A program made the translations under genes and the position numbers. A stretch of DNA of 13,846 nucleotides, counting the filler, from an uncultured Methanosarcinales archaeon (lineage in GTDB: Archaea; Nanobdellota; Nanobdellia; Woesearchaeales; CAYMBN01), in assembly GCA_964388715.1 (NCBI GenBank). It is 5 parts of 5 records of this genome, joined end to end, with 100 filler letters (N's around TTAATTAATTAA, not from the genome) between each part and the next. Parts side by side here need not be neighbours in the genome. Positions count along the whole stretch, not along the records: positions 7,165 to 9,670 come from CAYMBN010000026.1; positions 9,771 to 12,213 come from CAYMBN010000027.1; positions 12,314 to 13,846 come from CAYMBN010000031.1; 2 more parts are not named here. One strand, given 5' to 3'. Position 1 is the stretch's first letter. Each line of letters begins with the position of its first letter. Positions 7,381 to 13,846 of the stretch are shown here, piece by piece. Below the pieces are notes generated by a model. It ran no database searches. It was not told the DNA's origin and saw nothing but the letters and a program-made list of their open reading frames with translations.

Positions 7381-7435
7381 ATCTACTGGTAGGTAGTCCT
7401 AATATTAATATCTTATGGTGATTGAACCTATATTT

Positions 7436-8212
7436 TTAATCTACCGTCGGAATTTTTACGAGTTCCTGATGTCTCTTTCTCAATGTTGTCTCAGCAATAT
7501 TGAGTGAATCTGCAATTTTTCTCAAAGGAATTTTCTCATTAAACTTCTTTGATGTAAAATAAATTACAGCTCCAATCACCCCTTTTGGATTTTTTCCAAT
7601 AAAATGTTTTTCAACTTTATTGAACATATTAATTGAATAAGTTTTAGCTTTTTCACTTAATTTTAATTTTGAGCAATGTTTGTAAACTATTTCGAAATTT
7701 TCAACAGGCTCGAGCTTTACATTCAACTGCTCTTTTAATAATTTATATGATCTTCTGAAACTTTTGGATTTAATATGAAAATGATGCAAAACATCCTCGA
7801 CATTTGCAGGATTTCCTGCTTTTTTCAAAGCAAGATAAACACATGCAAACATCATTGTGTTCAAGCTTCTTCCGACTAACAATCCTTTATTAATTGTTTG
7901 TTTGAAATAATATTTTGCATCTTTTTTTATGTAATTATGAAGTTTAAGTTGATTATCAATTAATCTTAACATTCTTAATCCTTTAGCCATTGTTTTTTCA
8001 GGATTTGTAAGTATCCATTTCCTTTTTACTCCCTGATATGTGCCAGCAGATATTGGCGAGGATATTGGCATTGGCCTTCTGTCTGTATATGGATTAATTT
8101 CAAAGCCTCCACTCTCTACAACTAACCCGCACTCCCTACATACAGTTTCACCAAGCTCTTGTCTTAGCAAAAGGCTAGAGCTATCACATTCAGGACATTT
8201 TATTTGAACCAC
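7436..8212 (-). CDS. tfb: Transcription initiation factor IIB (TFB) family protein, divergent
   Basis: Zn ribbon CPEC-x15-CRECGLV; two cyclin-like repeats (LLVGRSLN..ACVY; GKNPKGVIGAVIY); C-terminal HTH-like IAETTLRKRHQEL. Confidence 0.9.
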   Translation of the reverse strand: MVQIKCPECDSSSLLLRQELGETVCRECGLVVESGGFEINPYTDRRPMPISSPISAGTYQGVKRKWILTNPEKTMAKGLRMLRLIDNQLKLHNYIKKDAKYYFKQTINKGLLVGRSLNTMMFACVYLALKKAGNPANVEDVLHHFHIKSKSFRRSYKLLKEQLNVKLEPVENFEIVYKHCSKLKLSEKAKTYSINMFNKVEKHFIGKNPKGVIGAVIYFTSKKFNEKIPLRKIADSLNIAETTLRKRHQELVKIPTVD

Positions 8213-8334
8213 CCCATAAAGTTTGTTATCAACCTTTTTTTTGGGTTTTTCTTGAGAAATTTCTTGTAGTTGGAAAGATGTTAACTGTTAGTAGTTATTA
8301 TTTGCTTCCCCTATAATATATAAGGCGCTCATCC

Positions 8335-8385
8335 TTTATAAAGTTGATGGATTTCTGAGTGGAAAAATAACAGAATATTTATAAA
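8335..8385. promoter_or_regulatory. Divergent promoter region with two TATA-like boxes
   Basis: TTTATAAA at 8335-8342 and 8378-8385 between divergent genes. Confidence 0.5.
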
Positions 8386-8404
8386 TGGAATATCCTTCCA
8401 ACTA

Positions 8405-9577
8405 ATGTATTGGTGGCTTGAAATGAAATTACAAAACTTAATTAAAAAAGCAGTTAAACACGGAATAAAAGAACATCATAATTGTCATGTTGTTTGTTGG
8501 GGGGTTGACAGATTCCTAAAAACATTAGATATTCCAGATGAACAAAAAAGGCAAATAAGAGCAACGGCATTATCATTTATAGGATATGAATTATTAGACG
8601 GTTACACTCCGACAATGGTTTTTGAGGAAGCTGAAAAAAGTGGCGCAGTAATAGATGGTGAAAGGATTGCAGAAACAGCTTATGATAAACTTAACTATAC
8701 TTTTAGTTTTTTTCAAAGTACCAATTTAATTGAAAGATTAGAAGTTGCTGAAAGATTTGGTGCTAATATTAGTTTAAAAGGGAAATCAGTTGAAGAATTA
8801 TTTGAAGACTTATTAACAGATGATCGCTATCATGGTGGTACCGATGGATCTGTTTCTTGTTTTGATAAATTAGTAAAATGGGGAGCAAGAATAGATTTAG
8901 AAGCTGTTGTTAATAATGGTAAAGAACATATAGAACAGGGTCTCCCATGGTATATTGATATGATTGAGTGGTCAAAGAAACAAGGAGCTGATGTTGATCT
9001 TCAGTCATATGTTGAAATGGGTTATGAATTATTTAATAGAGAGAATCTCGACTCTCTGTATATACATTTAAATATTCTTGAAATGCTAGAAACACTTGAA
9101 AATTTAGGTGCAAAAATAGATGTAGCAAGGATCCCAATTGATAAAGTTCTTATAGTGTGTTATGATAGATTAGGAAGAAATGATAATGAGGATGCATTCA
9201 ACACATTAAAAAAAATGTATGAATTCCTAGATATTGAACCAGATTTTGAAACCTTATTTAGTATTGCAGAACAAACAGTAAAACAAGGAAGACATTATTT
9301 TACTCCTGAAGATTACTGTGTATTTTATGGATCATTGATGTTAGATAAAATAGAAAAGTTTGGTGAAGAGTGTAAAATGCCTGTTCAGGCTAAATATGGT
9401 AAAAAGATCAAAGAATTAAAAGACTTGATGAAACAAAATATGGAAAAAATAGATGTAGCTGATTTGGGAGATTTCAGGTATATAACTTTTTTTGGTTTAT
9501 CTGATCCAAGATATGAATTGGCAAAAGAAATGGCTTTTGTTAATACAAGTGCGTATGATTATAAACCTACATTCTAA
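8405..9577 (+). CDS. Hypothetical protein with recurring GAx(I/V)D motifs (degenerate helical repeat)
   Basis: 390-aa ORF with motifs SGAVID, FGANIS, WGARID, QGADVD, LGAKID. The start may be ATG 8423, after GGTGG. Confidence 0.8.
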   Translation: MYWWLEMKLQNLIKKAVKHGIKEHHNCHVVCWGVDRFLKTLDIPDEQKRQIRATALSFIGYELLDGYTPTMVFEEAEKSGAVIDGERIAETAYDKLNYTFSFFQSTNLIERLEVAERFGANISLKGKSVEELFEDLLTDDRYHGGTDGSVSCFDKLVKWGARIDLEAVVNNGKEHIEQGLPWYIDMIEWSKKQGADVDLQSYVEMGYELFNRENLDSLYIHLNILEMLETLENLGAKIDVARIPIDKVLIVCYDRLGRNDNEDAFNTLKKMYEFLDIEPDFETLFSIAEQTVKQGRHYFTPEDYCVFYGSLMLDKIEKFGEECKMPVQAKYGKKIKELKDLMKQNMEKIDVADLGDFRYITFFGLSDPRYELAKEMAFVNTSAYDYKPTF

Positions 9578-9669
9578 CAAAATTCACTCAACTTAGCATT
9601 CCCATTATCTTTTCCATTATCCCATATCCTATTGAAATCATCCATCACTCTAGCCCCAGAATAGTTTAA
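9574..9669 (-). CDS. C-terminal fragment of a convergent gene
   Basis: Open frame from the contig edge LNYSGARVMDDFNRIWDNGKDNGNAKLSEFC*, with its stop overlapping the stop of 8405..9577. Confidence 0.5.
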   Translation of the reverse strand, partial: LNYSGARVMDDFNRIWDNGKDNGNAKLSEFC

Positions 9670-9670
9670 A

Positions 9671-9770
9671 NNNNNNNNNNNNNNNNNNNNNNNNNNNNNN
9701 NNNNNNNNNNNNNNTTAATTAATTAANNNNNNNNNNNNNNNNNNNNNNNNNNNNNNNNNNNNNNNNNNNN
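9671..9770. other. Artificial contig linker
   Basis: Same N/TTAATTAATTAA/N block. Confidence 0.98.
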
Positions 9771-9797
9771 TCTAAAATTTAATAAATTTCTAAACGG

Positions 9798-9824
9798 TTT
9801 CGACTATGTCGAAAAATTTATAAA
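9798..9824 (+). promoter_or_regulatory. Palindromic operator-like site next to BRE/TATA
   Basis: TTTCGAC-TAT-GTCGAAA (9798-9814), then TTTATAAA at 9817-9824. Confidence 0.6.
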
Positions 9825-9864
9825 TATCCCTTTAACTTTACATATAAACTTGGAGGGAGTTGAC

Positions 9865-10203
9865 ATGGCATCAAAACAAACTAAAATGAGATTAGCTCTT
9901 AATAAATTAGATAAAGAAATAGGAGATATCATTAACAGTTGTATTAAAGGCGTAGGTCATCAAGGTTCAATTGGGACATTACGTTTTATTGCAAGAGAAG
10001 TTGACAATCTATTAGCAAAATCAGATATTATCTCTGCTGACTCTCAATACAAGGTTTCTGATTATATCAATAACAGATTTGCAGAAAAATATGGCGGAAA
10101 CTTAATAAATAGTAACTCATTAGGACATTTACGTAGAGAATTAATTCATGTAGTAACAGGTATTGCTGAATTTAGATATGTACAACAGTATTCAACAAGA
10201 TGA
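9865..10203 (+). CDS. Hypothetical protein
   Basis: ATG 9865 preceded by SD-like GGAGGGAG; ATGA overlap with the next ORF. Confidence 0.75.
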   Translation: MASKQTKMRLALNKLDKEIGDIINSCIKGVGHQGSIGTLRFIAREVDNLLAKSDIISADSQYKVSDYINNRFAEKYGGNLINSNSLGHLRRELIHVVTGIAEFRYVQQYSTR

Positions 10204-10355
10204 AATGTGAAATCTGTAAAAAAAACATTGCAACCATCTTCCTAGGCAAGATTCTAGGTACTCATATTAAAGACAAAAATGGCAAAAAACATGTAATTTG
10301 CAGAGAATGCCAGAAAAAGCTTAAAAACAAGGAAGATATTCTTAATAAATTATGA
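10200..10355 (+). CDS. 51-aa CxxC...CxxC zinc-finger microprotein (absent from the ORF track)
   Basis: Manual translation MKCEICKKNIATIFLGKILGTHIKDKNGKKHVICRECQKKLKNKEDILNKL*; ATGA overlaps at both ends. Confidence 0.88.
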   Translation: MKCEICKKNIATIFLGKILGTHIKDKNGKKHVICRECQKKLKNKEDILNKL

Positions 10356-11032
10356 GTAAAAAATACTTTGATCAATGGTCAAAAACATACAATAATACTT
10401 ATGGTACTGGTTTCCCTATGTTTCTCAACTGGATCTTTGATAAAATAATAAATGCTCTTCCAAAAAAAAAACATGCCACAATCCTTGACCTAGGTACAGG
10501 AAGATTAATCCTAATTTTATCAAAGAAATTCCAAGATGCAAAATTCATTGCAATTGACTTTAGCCAAGGCATGATTAAACAAGCAAAGAAAGAAACAAAA
10601 CACCTTAATACAGAATTTATCATTGACAGAATGCATAACATTAACCTAAAAGACAATTCTGTTGATTATGTTGTAAGTAATTTTGCAATCCATCATTGTA
10701 GAGCAAAGGAAAAAATGTTCAAAAACATCTACAGAGTCCTAAAACCAAAAGGAAAAATCATTTTCGGAGACATCTTTGGACATTTTGACAAAAAAACAAT
10801 TCAAGAAGTAAATAAATTAAGAAAAAAATACCCAAAACAAGCAAAAGCATTTGACAAAAGTATCACAGATACCTACAACAGCTTATCAGAACAAGAAAAA
10901 AAGGATCATCCTATTGAATTCCATCACCCTCCAGAAAAATTCAAACAACTGTTAAAACAAGCAGGATTCAAAAAAATAAAAATACACTATTCTCTTAATA
11001 AAGAAATCAATGTTATAGAAGCAACGAAATAA
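10352..11032 (+). CDS. Class I SAM-dependent methyltransferase
   Basis: ILDLGTG (motif I), AIDFSQGMI, DNSVDYVVSNFAIHH, IYRVLKPKGKIIFGD. Confidence 0.92.
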   Translation: MSKKYFDQWSKTYNNTYGTGFPMFLNWIFDKIINALPKKKHATILDLGTGRLILILSKKFQDAKFIAIDFSQGMIKQAKKETKHLNTEFIIDRMHNINLKDNSVDYVVSNFAIHHCRAKEKMFKNIYRVLKPKGKIIFGDIFGHFDKKTIQEVNKLRKKYPKQAKAFDKSITDTYNSLSEQEKKDHPIEFHHPPEKFKQLLKQAGFKKIKIHYSLNKEINVIEATK

Positions 11033-11033
11033 T

Positions 11034-11130
11034 GCCCCTGTAGCATAGTAGCTATTGCAGTGCTCTCGTATTTATTAGAAATAATAAATGAGTTAAGCGC
11101 AGGTCACCGGTGCGAATCCGGTCAGGGGCT
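11034..11130 (+). tRNA. tRNA-Thr(CGT) with 24-nt intron at position 37/38 (11071-11094)
   Basis: Acceptor GCCCCTG/CAGGGGC, discriminator T, no encoded CCA. Anticodon stem GTGCT/AGCGC with loop CT-CGT-A^A. T arm ACCGG-TGCGAAT-CCGGT. BHB-like helix CTCG/TGAG. Confidence 0.92.
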
Positions 11131-11136
11131 TTTATA

Positions 11137-12147
11137 TTAAACCTTTCTTTTCCTTATTCTAATCTTTTCAGCTAATGTATGTGCATTATTATCAATAAAA
11201 TTAACAGTATTCTCAAGATTAACCTTTAAATATTTGTAAAGCCATAATAAATCAAGTTCATCCCTAGTTGTTCTATCTGACCTTGCATAACTCCCTGTAT
11301 TAACCATCCTTCTTTCAAGTGGATTATAAAGCATACTTAATTCTTTTAAACAACTATTAAGACTATTCCTTAATTCCATTATCAAAATCCTGCTAGTTTT
11401 GGTTTTATGTAGTACTGCCACTTTTTTCCCAAGATTCTGACTTTTTTTAACTTGTCCATTAGTAAATACAGCATCAACCTTAGATCTGATTGCTTGTTCA
11501 ATCAAACCAAGCCTCCTTTTATATTCTATTGGAACCTTTCTTTCAAGCCCAGGATTAAATCCATAAACAGTACAAAGATCAGCTGGATCATCCAAACCAG
11601 CCATTTGTTGATCAACAGTAAAATAAGGTACTTTAAATAACATATTTAGCAAAATCAAAAGATTTTCCTTAATATCATAACCTTTTTTCAAATTAATCTT
11701 AAAAGAACCAGTATAATCAAGACCATAAAAACCACCACTCTCTGCAATTCCCTCAAAAAAAAGAAAATTCATATAAACATCGTCTCTTTTAGAATCATAA
11801 TACAAATTTATTAAGGGTCTTTTTGGCTTTTTTTCAGTACTTACCATCTCAACCAAATAATCTGCAATAATACCCGACAAAGTTTTACCATTTAAACTAC
11901 CTCTAACAAGATAAGCATCCATAGCTCTATTTTTTAGGTAATTAAGTGAAGCTAACTCAGCCGCACCTATACAATCAATTTCAAAAAGACTTTGTCCTTG
12001 AAAAGTTAAAAGTGTACTATCAACACATAAATCATAAAACTCTAATACAGAATCATTTAAACCAGGATCTTCCGGATCAAACAGTTCACCTTTACTTCTA
12101 AGAGAATCTATTCTCCTCAATAAATTACTTGCACTTTCATATGCCAT
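11137..12147 (-). CDS. Hypothetical protein
   Basis: Long ORF with no recognised motif. ATG 12147 preferred to TTG 12165 because TTTATAAA lies at 12170-12177. Confidence 0.8.
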   Translation of the reverse strand: MAYESASNLLRRIDSLRSKGELFDPEDPGLNDSVLEFYDLCVDSTLLTFQGQSLFEIDCIGAAELASLNYLKNRAMDAYLVRGSLNGKTLSGIIADYLVEMVSTEKKPKRPLINLYYDSKRDDVYMNFLFFEGIAESGGFYGLDYTGSFKINLKKGYDIKENLLILLNMLFKVPYFTVDQQMAGLDDPADLCTVYGFNPGLERKVPIEYKRRLGLIEQAIRSKVDAVFTNGQVKKSQNLGKKVAVLHKTKTSRILIMELRNSLNSCLKELSMLYNPLERRMVNTGSYARSDRTTRDELDLLWLYKYLKVNLENTVNFIDNNAHTLAEKIRIRKRKV

Positions 12148-12213
12148 ACAATCATTAGAAAACAACCCCTTTATAAATCTTTCGCTTTTTAATCACTAAC
12201 AAGTAACAAAATA

Positions 12214-12313
12214 NNNNNNNNNNNNNNNNNNNNNNNNNNNNNNNNNNNNNNNNNNNNTTAATTAATTAANNNNNNNNNNNNNNNNNNNNNNNNNNNNNNN
12301 NNNNNNNNNNNNN
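12214..12313. other. Artificial contig linker
   Basis: Same N/TTAATTAATTAA/N block. Confidence 0.98.
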
Positions 12314-13844
12314 CTAAGTTCGAACTACCATAGTTTTCATCTAAATTAGATTCATTGTTAAGGTTTACTATCAAAACTAATGAATCATCATAGAATGTAT
12401 AATTAGTATTATTAAACTCATAAGTAAATTCATCTAAATCATCTGCATTTGTAATTGAAACATTTATTGTTGTGTAAGATGTTGCAATTGTTGCTGAGTC
12501 TGATTCTGTTGGTGAGACAAACTCAATTCCCGGATTACCTGCAGAATTATGTGCATATGCAACTTGATCACCAAATGTGAATTGTAGGTGGTGTTTACCT
12601 TGTGTTAATACTTTAGATGTTTCATAACCTGTTTCATTACATGCATAATCTTGAACAAATACTTCATCATTATCTGTCCATACTGTTTCTTGTTCTGTGT
12701 TGTTGCAAGTAAGTGTTAAGAACTTAAGATCTTCAGTTTCATTTACATTACTCCAAGTAGTTCCATTGCTTGCTTTAATTGTTAAGTTTGCTGTTCCACT
12801 TGTTTCAAACATTACAGTCCAATTACCACCAACAGTTGGATATGATTGCACATTAAGTATTGTTATCTCAATTTCATAAGTTTGATTTGATAAGTGAGGT
12901 ATGATCCATTCAATGTAATCAATCAAAGAATCATTGTTAGTGTCTAAATAATTATAAAGCTCTGTTTGTTCTTTTTCACCTGTTGTTGTGTTTAATCTGT
13001 AAATCTTAATTGAATTCAAAGAAACATCATTAACATAAGTATAAGCTAATATATTCTCATAATGTGTTTCTGAACTAATTGTGATTTGTTTTTTATATTT
13101 ACTTATATTTTGTTCTATTGCAATAGGAGCTTCTGTGTAATATTCTATTTCTAGTTCTTCATCTGATGTGATTTCTTCTTCAATTATTAGTTCTGTTACT
13201 TCTTCAATTATTTCTTGTTCTGTTTCATCTAATATTGTAAAACCTAATACATCTGATATTAAGTTTCCAGTGATTGTGCCAAATTCTGTTATTGGTAATT
13301 CTGATTTTAATGTTTGTTTCTTTTGTTCTAGATCTCTTGTGTCTTGATCAAATGTCTTTTTTAGATTGATTTTTCTTTCTAATTCATTTATTTCTTTTTC
13401 TTTTACAAATTCTGTTATTTGTTTTGTTTCTTTGTTTTCATCAATAATCTTTATGTTTTCTTCTCCCACTAATTCTTCATTATCATATTGATCTTTCTTT
13501 TTGATTGTTAAATTGACTGTCTCTTTTGGTAATTCAATTTTTAAATTGTTTGTTGTTTGTTGTACTTGTACTGTTTTTGTCCACTTAACTGGTTCATTGA
13601 TTTTTATAAAAGTAGGTGGAGTGATTGTTTCTTGCATTTGGTTTGTTATTTCTATTCTTTGTTCTTGTGTTTCCTGATATAATACATCTGTAATTTCATT
13701 AATTTTTATATCAACTTTATTTTCATATATTGCATTTGCTATTGGAATTTTCATGTCTGTTTCGTGATAAAGAAGCTTTGTTTGACCATTTTTAAAAAAA
13801 ACAATTGCGTGAATAAGTGACTGTGGATGTATAACTATTTCATA
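12314..13844 (-). CDS. Internal fragment of a large putative surface glycoprotein (truncated at both ends)
   Basis: Frame is open upstream of 13754 to the window edge (YEIVIHPQSLIHAIVFFKNGQTKLLYHETDMKIP...) and runs into the linker. T/N/E-rich, with many N-x-S/T sequons and a Ca-loop-like DTNNDSLID. Confidence 0.85.
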
Positions 13845-13846
13845 TT

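Noticed and set aside
11101..11130. tRNA 3' end as an integration site
   Set aside because: No duplicated tRNA fragment or integrase in the contig piece.
4046..12313. Repeated TTAATTAATTAA palindromes and gene adjacency across N-runs
   Set aside because: Artificial linkers; cross-linker neighbourhoods (e.g. repeat element next to 23S rRNA) carry no biological meaning.
6061..12879. ORFs 6061..6366, 6699..6935, 7196..7396, 10399..10656, 11452..11640, 12697..12879
   Set aside because: Antisense shadows of other ORFs, with no independent support.

Overview
AT-rich archaeal DNA, most consistent with a DPANN (Woesearchaeota-like) genome bin. The archaeal call rests on the 23S sarcin-ricin loop, TFB, Kae1, a BHB-intron tRNA and TATA-box promoters; the DPANN assignment is inference. 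The window is five contig pieces joined by artificial 100-nt N/TTAATTAATTAA linkers, so neighbours across linkers are not real synteny. Piece 1 (1-4045): a 1184-aa secreted S8 protease bracketed by two copies of a ~136-bp structured non-coding element with a clustered variable core, plus three copies of a 21-bp GTRG-hairpin motif. This is the most unusual signal. Piece 2 (4146-7064): 23S rRNA 3' end, four-helix-bundle protein coupled to Kae1, and two tandem-repeat proteins. Piece 3 (7165-9670): a short divergent TFB and a hypothetical protein. Piece 4 (9771-12213): hypothetical, 51-aa zinc finger missed by the ORF track, SAM methyltransferase, intron-containing tRNA-Thr(CGT), and a convergent hypothetical. 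Piece 5 (12314-13846): internal fragment of a large surface glycoprotein.
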